This document shows, in pieces, positions 31,948-41,438 of a stretch of 64,000 nucleotides of DNA (positions are counted from its first letter, which is position 1; every line of letters begins with the position of its first letter). The DNA comes from Candidatus Altimarinota bacterium. Its GTDB lineage: Bacteria; Patescibacteriota; Gracilibacteria; UBA4473. The stretch lies in assembly GCA_965231215.1 (NCBI GenBank), contig OZ246423.1:960001-1024000 (forward strand), given 5' to 3'. A program made the position numbers and the translations under genes. The notes under the pieces are model-generated. The model was not told the origin of the DNA. It saw only the letters and a program-made list of their open reading frames with translations, and made no database searches.

Positions 31948-32247
31948 GACTCTTATATAGAAGATTAAGAAAAAATAATCTGTTAACATTCTCCAGCACA
32001 GTAAATTATAGACCTACAAGCAGAAGAAAATTCTGAGGTGTTTTTGTGAGTATATTCCGAGTATAAAATCCGCCAAAATTTTGGAGCTATGCCAAAAGAC
32101 GCTTAGCTAAGTTCAACGGCATTGCTTCACACAAGTTTAATTTGCATCTCAAAGATATGTATTTAGATTAAACTATCGTGACCAATATATTTTCCCTATC
32201 AATGATTAAAATTCTTAGAAATTTTTAAAATCTGCTAGGCAAAAGCC
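31948..32247 (+). mobile_element. Internally deleted, degenerate IS1595-family element (~300 bp)
   Basis: Translates to HSKL*TYKQKKILRCFCEYIPSIKSAKI joined to FWSYAKRRLAKFNGIASHKFNLHLK, the two ends of IS1595-type transposases. The ends form an imperfect inverted repeat (13/19). Confidence 0.8.
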
Positions 32248-32272
32248 TTAAATAAAATAATATGATAGAACC

Positions 32273-32809
32273 ATGACAAAAAATTTTCTCACACTCCTCA
32301 TATTACTGATGTTAATGGGATGTCAGAATATAATTGAACAAAAAAATTATTCAAAAAATAATCTTAACATAATGGACAAACAAAAAGCTCAAGCTTTCAT
32401 TGATCAGGCAACCGATAAATCAGCCGTACCAAAAGAGGTATGGTTGACTTCAGGACTGACAGAAGCCGAGTACCATATTCTTTGGGAAAAAGGGACAGAG
32501 CGAGCTGGAACGAGTCCGTTAAATGAAGAAAAGCGTAAAGGAAAATTTGTGACCAAAGCGTGTGGTTTGGAAGTATTCTCATCAGATCACAAGTATGAAT
32601 CTGGAACCGGGTGGCCAAGTTTTTGGGAAGCCAATAAAGAAAACATCGTCTTAGAAGAAGATCATTCGTGGGGTATGAAACGAATTGAGGTCAAATCCAA
32701 ATGTGGAGAACATTTAGGTCACGTATTTCCAGATGGCCCTTCAGACAAAACGGGGTTGCGGTATTGTATGAATGGTGCCGCTTTGGAGTTTATTCCAGAA
32801 AAAGAGTAG
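32273..32809 (+). CDS. msrB: Peptide-methionine (R)-S-oxide reductase with a lipoprotein signal
   Basis: SGTGWPSF, HLGHVFPDGP and RYCMNG motifs; lipobox LMGC. Confidence 0.95.
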   Translation: MTKNFLTLLILLMLMGCQNIIEQKNYSKNNLNIMDKQKAQAFIDQATDKSAVPKEVWLTSGLTEAEYHILWEKGTERAGTSPLNEEKRKGKFVTKACGLEVFSSDHKYESGTGWPSFWEANKENIVLEEDHSWGMKRIEVKSKCGEHLGHVFPDGPSDKTGLRYCMNGAALEFIPEKE

Positions 32810-32893
32810 TATTGACTACAAGCTGTGCTTGGTAAAATTTTAATTTTAAATAGCTTAAAATTAGCTCTTTTAGACTCTAGCTAGAAGGAGGCC

Positions 32894-33220
32894 GTGATGG
32901 ATTTGATCATCTCAACTATATTTTGCTATATAGTTTTAAAAATCCTGGCCTCACTTTATGGTTGGGCCAGTAGAGTGTATGAGTTTATTCACCAAAAATC
33001 GCCTTTTTGGGCAAATTTGGTTGAAAACATACTCATAGCGGTAACGTCTTTTACTTATATTCATCAAATTATTTCAGGAATATATGGTTCTTGGACAGGA
33101 GAATTTATTTGGTTTGTGTGGGCGAGTTGGATTTCATTCGTCTATCCACAGTGGGCCATGACCGCTGTCTGCGTAGAAATATTAAGAAGACGCTACCTCT
33201 ACCAAAGGCGGAAATCATGA
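32894..33220 (+). CDS. Small hypothetical membrane protein
   Basis: Hydrophobic 108-aa ORF filling the gap; ggagg upstream. Confidence 0.55.
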   Translation: MMDLIISTIFCYIVLKILASLYGWASRVYEFIHQKSPFWANLVENILIAVTSFTYIHQIISGIYGSWTGEFIWFVWASWISFVYPQWAMTAVCVEILRRRYLYQRRKS

Positions 33221-33264
33221 AAATGATTCCGCCTTTTTATCTAAATATTCTATGATCTATTGGA

Positions 33265-34542
33265 ATGAAAAAAGTAGCTTTTTTAATGCTCATTTTGAGC
33301 CTCTTTTACGGGACATCAGTTCAATCTGCAGACTATCAAATACGCCAAGGAAGTACTTTGGAAATCCTATTTCCGGTGCATTTGGCGACTAAAATTTCAG
33401 GCACTTTAGAAGGACAGCCGCTTCTTTTTTCAGTGATCCGCAAAAATCCAGGCACCGATGAAGTCATTACTCGTGGTGAATTTATGCATCTGTTGTATCC
33501 TTTTCTTTTAGAAAAAAAGACTGATTTTGCCAGCAGTAATTTTCCAGATGTCCCAAGAAATCATCCTTATTATGACGCGATTAAAAAAGCCGCAGATTAC
33601 CAGATTGTGAATGGATATGTAGATGGCAGATTTGGAGCCGAAGATACTTTGACCCGGGCTCAAGCAGCTAAAATTATAATGAAGGCTTTCCCACTGTTTA
33701 GTACGACAGAAACAGCTAAAAATTTTCCAGATATGGACGATACTCATCCGCTAAAAGTGTTTGTAGATCAGGCAGTTGAGGCTGGAATTTTTAAAGGCTA
33801 TCCAGATGGAAATTTTCGTCCAAACCAAGCCCTCTCTATTGCTGAAGCACAGATTATTATTCGAAGAGGCCTCCTTTTAGAAGTGAAGTTTCCGGCCTTA
33901 GAAAAATTTTATTGGCGGTCTCTGGTAGGAATTTCTCGGCTTAAACCAGCCAGGAAAGTGGCATTAAACCTAAATCTAGCCGGAACGTCTAAGAGCACCG
34001 TTGTAGAAATTTTACCTCGAAAGTTTGAGGAAAAATCTTTTACTATTACTCCCCAAAAAGACAAATTGCTTGAAAAAGAGGTCTTTGATAATACGTGGGA
34101 TATTATAAATGCTGCACGAAAGAACTCCCATCCCAAACAACTCTGGGAAGGGACATTCATAGTCCCAACCACTGGGGTAAAGACGCTGGGCTATGGGGAT
34201 CAATTAACCATTAATGGTAAACCTTCAGGATCTCACTTTGGTCATGATTATGCCAATGAAACGGGCACGCCAGTATACGCAGCTAATCATGGAAAAGTAG
34301 TATTAGCTCAAAACACACCATCCTTTGGAAATACTATCATGATTGATCACGGACAAAAGGTTTTCACCATGTATCTACACAACTGGCGGATGCAGGCAAA
34401 AGTGGGGGATATGGTAAAAAAAGGGCAGCTCATTGCCCAAATGGGAACAACGGGAATCTCTACTGGACCCCACTTACATTACAGCCACTGGGTAGGAGAT
34501 ACTATTGTGGATGGAGAGGAATGGTTTGCGAAAGAGTATTAA
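33265..34542 (+). CDS. SLH-domain M23 peptidase
   Basis: GYPDGNFRPNQ SLH motifs; HFGHD and GPHLH zinc motifs. Confidence 0.92.
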   Translation: MKKVAFLMLILSLFYGTSVQSADYQIRQGSTLEILFPVHLATKISGTLEGQPLLFSVIRKNPGTDEVITRGEFMHLLYPFLLEKKTDFASSNFPDVPRNHPYYDAIKKAADYQIVNGYVDGRFGAEDTLTRAQAAKIIMKAFPLFSTTETAKNFPDMDDTHPLKVFVDQAVEAGIFKGYPDGNFRPNQALSIAEAQIIIRRGLLLEVKFPALEKFYWRSLVGISRLKPARKVALNLNLAGTSKSTVVEILPRKFEEKSFTITPQKDKLLEKEVFDNTWDIINAARKNSHPKQLWEGTFIVPTTGVKTLGYGDQLTINGKPSGSHFGHDYANETGTPVYAANHGKVVLAQNTPSFGNTIMIDHGQKVFTMYLHNWRMQAKVGDMVKKGQLIAQMGTTGISTGPHLHYSHWVGDTIVDGEEWFAKEY

Positions 34543-34683
34543 GGGCATGTAAGTTCTCCTAATAAGCCTTTTTCAGTCAATTGATCTGTACTCATTTTTT
34601 CTGACATTCTAATTTTTATTGAATATTGAATAAAAATTGTCAACCTTGCTTTTCCCTCCAAAATTTCTAACATCTTCTGCGAT

Positions 34684-36378
34684 ATGTCTGATCTAAAAAA
34701 ACGTAGTCGGGTGGTCACAGAAGGCCCTTCAAGAGCCCCAAACAGAGCGATGCTCCGAGCCGTGGGAATGTCTGATGCAGATTTTGAAAAGCCCTTAATT
34801 GGAGTTGCTAGTGGCTGGAGCCAAACCACGCCTTGCAATGCGCATCTCAATACCTTAGCCGAACAAGTCTGTATTGGAATCTATGAAGCCGGTGGATTTC
34901 CTCAGACTTTTGGTTACCCAACGGCCTCTGATGGAATTGGTATGGGGCACGAAGGGATGCGGTACAGCCTTCCTTCTAGAGAGCTCATCGCCGACTGTAT
35001 TGATATGATGGTGGGAGGTTCTAGGTTTGATGGATTTATTGGGCTTGGAGGGTGTGACAAAAACATGCCAGGGAATCTTATGGCCATGGGAAGGTTGGAT
35101 ATACCTTCTATATTTTTATATGGAGGAACGATCTCTCCAGGAGTGTATAAGGGACAAGATATTGATATTGTCTCCATCTTTGAAGCTGTAGGAAAATATC
35201 AATGTGGACTTATTGATGAAGAAGAACTCACTCAAGTAGAGCAAAAATCAATCCCCACACATGGCTCTTGTGGAGGGATGTATACGGCCAATACTATGGC
35301 CTCTTGTATTGAGGCGATGGGCTTGAGTCTGCCAGGATCTTCCTCTATTCCAGGCACCAAATCAGCGAAACTTATTGATGCTCGAGAAGCAGGAAAAGCT
35401 ATTTACAACGCTCTAGTCCAAGACCTCACTGCTCGAAAAATTATGACCAAAGAGGCTTTTGAGAATGGGATTGTTACGGCGTTAGCATTGGGAGGCTCAA
35501 CGAATCTAGTGTTGCATCTGCTTGCAGCGGCGCATGAAACGGGTGTAGATTTAACTCTGGCTGATTTCAATCGAATCGGAGAAAAAGTCCCGCACATTGC
35601 AGATCTCAAACCAGGAGGAAAATATGTGATGGAAGACCTTTATAATGTTGGAGGCGTACCAGCACTCATGAAAGTTTTATTAAAAGAAGGGCTTTTGCAT
35701 GGTGAGGCGTTAACCATCACTGGTAAATCTCTGGCTGAAAATTTAGAAACTCAAACCGATCTTGCTGAAGGTCAAAAAGTAATCTTAGGCTTTGATAAAG
35801 CGCTTAAAGAAACGGCTCCTATTAAAGTACTACGAGGAAATCTAGCGCCAGGAGGATCCGTGCTTAAAACTACAGGGCTCAAAGTAACCAATATCACCGG
35901 ACCAGCTAGAGTTTTTGAATGTGAAGAAGACTGTTTTGAAGCCGTCAAAAATAAAGAAATCCAAGCTGGAGACGTAATCGTTATCCGAAACGAAGGCCCC
36001 AAAGGAGGTCCTGGAATGAGAGAAATGTTAGCCGTTACAGCCGCCCTTTGTGGACAAGGACTAGGGGAATCTGTGGGACTCTTAACTGACGGACGGTTTA
36101 GTGGAGGAACTCATGGACTGGTAGTAGGGCATGTAGCACCAGAAGCCGCCTTAGGTGGACCAATTGCAGCTGTAAAAAATGGAGACAGGGTGACTATTTC
36201 AGAAGCCAAGGCTGAACTCTCTGTAGACCTCAGTGATGAAGTAATAGCTGAACGTATTGCGGCCTACTCACCAAAAACAGATAACTACAACACTGGATTT
36301 ATCGGCAAGTATAGAACCTTAGTGGGTTCAGCTGAGACTGGGGCGGTTACCAGTGACTTTAATGAAAACCCTTCCTAG
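34684..36378 (+). CDS. ilvD: Dihydroxy-acid dehydratase
   Basis: [24 protein letters not shown] and TDGRFSGG motifs. Confidence 0.97.
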   Translation: MSDLKKRSRVVTEGPSRAPNRAMLRAVGMSDADFEKPLIGVASGWSQTTPCNAHLNTLAEQVCIGIYEAGGFPQTFGYPTASDGIGMGHEGMRYSLPSRELIADCIDMMVGGSRFDGFIGLGGCDKNMPGNLMAMGRLDIPSIFLYGGTISPGVYKGQDIDIVSIFEAVGKYQCGLIDEEELTQVEQKSIPTHGSCGGMYTANTMASCIEAMGLSLPGSSSIPGTKSAKLIDAREAGKAIYNALVQDLTARKIMTKEAFENGIVTALALGGSTNLVLHLLAAAHETGVDLTLADFNRIGEKVPHIADLKPGGKYVMEDLYNVGGVPALMKVLLKEGLLHGEALTITGKSLAENLETQTDLAEGQKVILGFDKALKETAPIKVLRGNLAPGGSVLKTTGLKVTNITGPARVFECEEDCFEAVKNKEIQAGDVIVIRNEGPKGGPGMREMLAVTAALCGQGLGESVGLLTDGRFSGGTHGLVVGHVAPEAALGGPIAAVKNGDRVTISEAKAELSVDLSDEVIAERIAAYSPKTDNYNTGFIGKYRTLVGSAETGAVTSDFNENPS

Positions 36379-36380
36379 AC

Positions 36381-36412
36381 AAAAAAGGGCGCCTTACCGG
36401 AGTAAAACGCCC
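36381..36412 (-). terminator. Intrinsic terminator between convergent genes
   Basis: aaaaaa-gggcg..ttac cgga gtaa..cgccc hairpin. Confidence 0.55.
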
Positions 36413-36451
36413 ACATTTCTATTCTTTCCCTAAATTAAGAATAGCTATAGA

Positions 36452-37024
36452 TTATTCAGCAAAGAAAGCGGCAATTGATTCTAGACTTGGGTCTCCTTCC
36501 TTTTTGAAGACGGTTCCATCAGCATTGATAAAAACAGCAGTTGATTGCTTAGTTACCCCATATTTTTTAACCATTTCTGGGTTAGAATCGTAGTCAATTT
36601 TAAGGATTTGTACGTTATCAGCCATTGTTCCCAAAGTTTCTTGTACCTTTTTTTCCCATTTTGCGCAGGTTCCACACCATTCAGCATGGAAGAAAAGAAT
36701 GTGTTTTTTACCCTCTCCAGCTTCTGGGCTGTAGTCAGTGTATGAAGCGGAAAGTGATTCCATAGCATTGTCAGCTTCTTCTTTTATTTCCATTACTTTT
36801 TCTCCGGCCTCTTCCATCATTTCTTTGCCTTCTTCCATAACTTCACCAGTCTTTTCCATCATAGCATCACCGGTTTCTTCAGCCTTTTCCATTACGTCTT
36901 TTCCGACGTCTGTTACCGCTTCGGTAGCGGTGTTTACGGTTTCTTTCATTTTTTTTGCGCCTTCATGTTGACAAGCGGTCACAGTGAGGGCGAGGAGGAA
37001 TACAAATACGAGGTTTCGTTTCAT
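36452..37024 (-). CDS. Thioredoxin-domain lipoprotein with a Met-rich linker
   Basis: Lipobox VTAC; WCGTC active site. Confidence 0.85.
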   Translation of the reverse strand: MKRNLVFVFLLALTVTACQHEGAKKMKETVNTATEAVTDVGKDVMEKAEETGDAMMEKTGEVMEEGKEMMEEAGEKVMEIKEEADNAMESLSASYTDYSPEAGEGKKHILFFHAEWCGTCAKWEKKVQETLGTMADNVQILKIDYDSNPEMVKKYGVTKQSTAVFINADGTVFKKEGDPSLESIAAFFAE

Positions 37025-37102
37025 GTTTTTGTAAATTAAAAATTAGTACAGACTGATCTTAACAATCAATAAACTGAAGTAAAAACTTTATGGTTGCCTA
37101 AA

Positions 37103-37597
37103 CTACAAATCTTGTAAATTAAATGAAGCTTCTTCTGCTGGAGGAGTAGGTTCTTTATCAGCAAAAATTTCTTGAAGTATAGTACGAGTATTGTTTCTAT
37201 CAGCATCAGTCATTTCTTTTCCCAGAAAGAGATAAATAGGAGCATTTAGTGCTTTGTGAACGACTACGGTCAAGTCATCTTGAGCCGAATAGAGCCAGGC
37301 TTCATCACTCCCGCTTAAGTTCCATTCATCATCGGGTGGGATGTCTCCAGCTGGAGTAAGATCTGTAAAAATGGTCTGAACGGTCTCCATGCTATCGGGT
37401 TCGAGACTGTGTACGATATCATCGATTTGGCCTACTTTTTCCATAAGACTCGCCACTTCTTCGGTTGGATTTTCGAGTGGGTCGACGGGGGTTTCAAAGC
37501 CTTTTTCTAGAGGTCTTTTATAATCGGCTCCTTTCTTCTCACAGGCAGTTACAAAGAGAACGGAAAATACCATTAAGGCCGTTAAAAAGATTTTCAT
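37103..37597 (-). CDS. Hypothetical acidic lipoprotein
   Basis: Lipobox VTAC. Confidence 0.7.
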   Translation of the reverse strand: MKIFLTALMVFSVLFVTACEKKGADYKRPLEKGFETPVDPLENPTEEVASLMEKVGQIDDIVHSLEPDSMETVQTIFTDLTPAGDIPPDDEWNLSGSDEAWLYSAQDDLTVVVHKALNAPIYLFLGKEMTDADRNNTRTILQEIFADKEPTPPAEEASFNLQDL

Positions 37598-37642
37598 ATA
37601 AAAAAGTTTAAATCACAACATACTTTATAGATATTGGCAGCA

Positions 37643-38356
37643 TTAAACAAGGCCGGCTTCTAAAAAAGAAAAGTAGTCATCACGGCCGATAATGACATGG
37701 TCTTGAACTTTTATCTGATGCAAGTCCCAGGCGCCTTGTTTAATTTTTAAAGTCCATGATACATCAGCTTCACTGGGCTTGGCTGTCTCATTAGGATGAT
37801 TATGGACAATGATAATTTTTTTCACGCCTAACCAGATGGCGGACCGTAGAATGTCTGAAGGAAAAACCTGCACTTCATCTTGAGTTCCTAAGGCTGTTAA
37901 CTCTTGATAGGTACACACATTTTGTTGATCTACATGGAGGACGTAGCAGTGTTCTTGTTTCGCTTTTTTTAAGCCCTTGAAGCGGTTAAAAACTTTATGG
38001 GGTTCACTCACATCAAATGTATCAAAGCTTCCGTGGAGTCTTCGGCATATCTCGGAAACCGTCACCAGAGTTTCAGCGTGGCTTTTGTAGATTTCATAAT
38101 TTTCTTGTAGGTCTGGGCTTGATTTTTGGTGGAAAAGCCCCTTAAAACCAGCTTCGGCTACGAGCCGTTTAGAAAGTTGGGCCACATCTTCAAAATATCC
38201 CCCTTTATGGCGTTCTCCAGTCCTCAGAAGCAAGGCCACAAGCTCCCAAAGTTGCAGGGATTGTGGGCCAAATTTTGCCAATTTTTCACGAGGTTTGAAG
38301 CTGTCTGGGAGAGCTTTAAATTCACTCTCAAATTTTAAAGATTTAGTTTTCTTCAC
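37643..38356 (-). CDS. radC: RadC/JAB-domain protein
   Basis: PREKL...ELVALLLRTG and HNHP..PSEAD...DHVII motifs. Confidence 0.9.
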   Translation of the reverse strand: MKKTKSLKFESEFKALPDSFKPREKLAKFGPQSLQLWELVALLLRTGERHKGGYFEDVAQLSKRLVAEAGFKGLFHQKSSPDLQENYEIYKSHAETLVTVSEICRRLHGSFDTFDVSEPHKVFNRFKGLKKAKQEHCYVLHVDQQNVCTYQELTALGTQDEVQVFPSDILRSAIWLGVKKIIIVHNHPNETAKPSEADVSWTLKIKQGAWDLHQIKVQDHVIIGRDDYFSFLEAGLV

Positions 38357-38756
38357 TCTTTTGGTATGCCTCTAAAGCCTTGAGTTGTCTAATCTCATTT
38401 TTAATAAAATCTTCATCAAAATTAAGTTTTCTCAGGCTTTCAGCAATTTGTTCCAGAGAATTTAAATTTGATTTGGTAGGCTGTTTTCCACTTTTAAGGA
38501 CGTAAGGCTGAGTCAATTCTGGGGGGAAGAAATAACTAATTGGAACCTGAAAAAATTCAGAAATTTTGGCCAGACGAGATATTTTTAGAGTGGCCTTGCC
38601 TTCCAAGAGTCTTTGAGCTCGTAAATAGCGTTGCTGGGGAGACTCTTTTTTGTTGTCGCTAATGATTTGGCCTAATTCAGTTTTAGGAATGCGTTTATCT
38701 TTTCTGAGCTTTTCAATGCGGTTAAGGACGTAACGGTCAATTTTAGTAAGGGGCAT
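38343..38756 (-). CDS. XRE-family HTH regulator
   Basis: IEKLRKDKRIPKTELG...LAKISEFFQVPISYFF. Confidence 0.75.
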   Translation of the reverse strand: MPLTKIDRYVLNRIEKLRKDKRIPKTELGQIISDNKKESPQQRYLRAQRLLEGKATLKISRLAKISEFFQVPISYFFPPELTQPYVLKSGKQPTKSNLNSLEQIAESLRKLNFDEDFIKNEIRQLKALEAYQKSEEN

Positions 38757-38891
38757 AAAAAATGTGTTTATCTATCAAAAAAGCTTTATTAAAAAGCCAT
38801 AAAAAACAAACCTCAAAAAAGAAATATTTATATCTCAAAAAAGATTTATAAAATAGAGATTATGCTTTATAATTATAAGACTTAATTCTAT

Positions 38892-39053
38892 ATGAAAAAC
38901 CAAGAATTTGGTTCTGATATCAAGCAAATACTCACTCAAATGTGTGAACAGCTTGATATATTAGAACAAAAAACAAGTGCTGATCTAAGAGAAATACAAT
39001 ACTTAAAAAACCTGATAGAAATACTGCAACATCAACTAAAAAAAATTATTTAG
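38892..39053 (+). CDS. 53-aa coiled-coil ORF divergent from the XRE gene (below the ORF-track cut-off)
   Basis: MKNQEFGSDIKQILTQMCEQLDILEQKTSADLREIQYLKNLIEILQHQLKKII*. Confidence 0.5.
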   Translation: MKNQEFGSDIKQILTQMCEQLDILEQKTSADLREIQYLKNLIEILQHQLKKII

Positions 39054-39423
39054 CTTTTTTATGTTTTCCAACTATATGTTCGTGCTTGGCTTCAATCTCT
39101 TGGATTTCATGGATTTCTTTGAGCATGAAGTGAGTGAGTACAATTCGAATAATCACCACGGTGATAAGGCTGGCCAGGTCTTCCCAAAAGGCTTCACCAG
39201 TATCAAGTAGAATAGTGTCAATAATATCTTTTCCCACCAAAAAATCGAGCCCTAGTACTAGATGAGTTCCCAGTATTAGTCTTACTCGATGAAAGTTACT
39301 TTCATGTAGAAAAATGTATCCATAAAGTCCTCGCATGGCTCCAACAATGATCACAGCGATTCCGATCAATCCAATAAAGAGGGAAAAATCAGCCACTAGA
39401 CCGAGGATAAGTTCTTTTGTCAT
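39046..39423 (-). CDS. DUF1622 membrane protein
   Basis: R..LG..LVLGLDFLVGKDII.T...IRIVLTHF pattern. Confidence 0.85.
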   Translation of the reverse strand: MTKELILGLVADFSLFIGLIGIAVIIVGAMRGLYGYIFLHESNFHRVRLILGTHLVLGLDFLVGKDIIDTILLDTGEAFWEDLASLITVVIIRIVLTHFMLKEIHEIQEIEAKHEHIVGKHKKAK

Positions 39424-39461
39424 CGGTCAATTCTATCACAAAGAACCCCTTTTGGCAACGT

Positions 39462-40205
39462 TTAGAAGACCACAGTTTCTACGACTTCACAGTTTTGATT
39501 TACCCAATTCATGTCAAATTCAGCCACTTCTCGCCTTTCTCCTTTATAGATAAAGTACTCTCGTGAAACGTCACTTTTATCTACTCCAATGGTGGGCATT
39601 TGATTAATAATTTTTTCTTCTGGGCAGAGTCTGAGTTTGGTGTAGACTTTGCCTTCACAGCTTCTTTGGCAGTCCCGTAGGCTGTTGAATGGCATTTCAG
39701 CGCCACATCCATAAAAGGCAATGTCTTCGCATTTCTCAGTTTCTTGGTTTTTAAACGCTCCCTGGAAGAAGGTGTTACAGTTTCCAATACTCAAGGCCTC
39801 TACTTCACAATTATTTACGACGTTTGGGTCTCGATCGCATAACCCTTCATGAAGCACTTCAGCTCCCCGCCTTCGGGCTTCACACTCATTAAGGTATCCA
39901 TTTTTATTTCGTCCTTTTTGGGCACAAACTGGTTTTTGTTCTTTTGAGCATTTCAAGGTTTTATCTACCACTGTTTCGACACAAATTCCTTCCGCTGAGG
40001 TTTGTGAGTTTTGCTTACATTCAAGCCCGACTCCACAGATAGCATCTTCAATGCCGCAGGCTTCGCCTAGAGTAGATACTTTTTCAGGTCTTTCTGTACT
40101 TACTCCTTGTTCTAGAGGCGTAACTGAAATTTGGGAGGCCTCGTCTTTTGGGGTTTCGCAGGCAAAAACAAACGGAGCGAGAAACAGTATTAAATATTTT
40201 TTCAT
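39462..40205 (-). CDS. Cys-rich lipoprotein with Kazal and Kunitz/BPTI protease-inhibitor domains
   Basis: Lipobox VFAC; CSKEQKPVC..YLNEC...EGLC and GNC...C..FYGC...FNSLRDCQRSC. Confidence 0.75.
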   Translation of the reverse strand: MKKYLILFLAPFVFACETPKDEASQISVTPLEQGVSTERPEKVSTLGEACGIEDAICGVGLECKQNSQTSAEGICVETVVDKTLKCSKEQKPVCAQKGRNKNGYLNECEARRRGAEVLHEGLCDRDPNVVNNCEVEALSIGNCNTFFQGAFKNQETEKCEDIAFYGCGAEMPFNSLRDCQRSCEGKVYTKLRLCPEEKIINQMPTIGVDKSDVSREYFIYKGERREVAEFDMNWVNQNCEVVETVVF

Positions 40206-40341
40206 CGTTCCGTACTGTAGAGGTCTTAAAATTTTTGACAAGAGTTAGCAATCTTGAAAATTAAAAAATTATGCATCATGAGCTAACTTTTAGAATCTAA
40301 AAATGTAGCCGATTAGGAACTGTTGTTGAGGCTAAAAAGGT

Positions 40342-40370
40342 TTGATTTTAGGCCTTAAAAGAGGTATAAT
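40342..40370 (+). promoter_or_regulatory. Sigma70-like promoter
   Basis: TTGATT-17 bp-TATAAT. Confidence 0.6.
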
Positions 40371-40395
40371 AGCTCAATTTTTAACGCTTAAAACT

Positions 40396-41403
40396 ATGTC
40401 ACCAAAAGATTGGGGTAGAGAAGATTCATGCACAGTAAACTTTTCACCTCCGTATCCAGAAGTATTTGATACTATTATTATTGGAGCGGGGCCGGCAGGG
40501 ATGACGGCTGCTATTTATGCCGCTCGAAGAAAAATGAAGATTCTCCTTATCTGTGGAAATATAGGCGGACAAATGAACTACTGTAATGATATCTCTAACT
40601 GGACAGGCGTGGCACAATCTACTGGACCGAATCTTCGAGATCAGTTTTTTTCTCATGTAAAGAAAGTAGATGATGACAATGCTCATTTTGATCTGTGGGT
40701 AAGAGAAGATGAAAGAGTCCAACATATCACTCAAAATGATGAAGGGGTCTTTGCCATTACTACAGAAAAAAAGAATACTTTTGTGACAAAAACAGTGGTA
40801 TGTACTTCAGGAAAGAAACCTCGAACTTTACAGATTCCAGGGGAGCAAACAGCCATGAAGGGGAATGGTCTTTCTTTTTCTGCAACTCAGGATGCGCCGC
40901 TCTACAAAGATAAAAAAATGGTAATTATCGGAGGAGGAAACTCCGCTATGGATGTGGCTATGCAGCTAGATAAGTTTACTGATGATATTACCCTCATGAC
41001 CAATCTGGATCATCTTATTGGGGAGGCTTGCCTAGCCGAAAAAGTAAAAAAGGCAGATCACATTGAAGTTAAATACAATATTGCGGTAAAAGAAATTCTC
41101 TTAGATGATAATGATAAGGTACGAGGGGTTGTGTATTCAGAAGATGGCAGTAAGGATCAAACGATTGAATGTGAAGGAATTTTTGAAGAGATTGGTCAGA
41201 CTCCAGCCACTAAGTTTTTAGAGGGGTTTGTAGATCTGAACGATCAAGGTGAAATTGTGGTAGATAAAGTGATGAATACTTCTCGAGAAGGATTTTTTGC
41301 AGCCGGAGACTGTAACGATGGATATCACAAACAAGTTATCGTTGCGGCTGGAGAAGGAGCCATCGCAGCGCTGCAAGCACATGAGTATTTGTTGAAAAAT
41401 TAG
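40396..41403 (+). CDS. Thioredoxin reductase/AhpF-like flavoprotein lacking the CxxC
   Basis: IIGAGPAG, IGGGNSA and FAAGD motifs; SFSATQD where SYCATCD is expected. Confidence 0.85.
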   Translation: MSPKDWGREDSCTVNFSPPYPEVFDTIIIGAGPAGMTAAIYAARRKMKILLICGNIGGQMNYCNDISNWTGVAQSTGPNLRDQFFSHVKKVDDDNAHFDLWVREDERVQHITQNDEGVFAITTEKKNTFVTKTVVCTSGKKPRTLQIPGEQTAMKGNGLSFSATQDAPLYKDKKMVIIGGGNSAMDVAMQLDKFTDDITLMTNLDHLIGEACLAEKVKKADHIEVKYNIAVKEILLDDNDKVRGVVYSEDGSKDQTIECEGIFEEIGQTPATKFLEGFVDLNDQGEIVVDKVMNTSREGFFAAGDCNDGYHKQVIVAAGEGAIAALQAHEYLLKN

Positions 41404-41438
41404 GATAGTTTTTTTGAGGCAACTGAATATTTTTGTGG

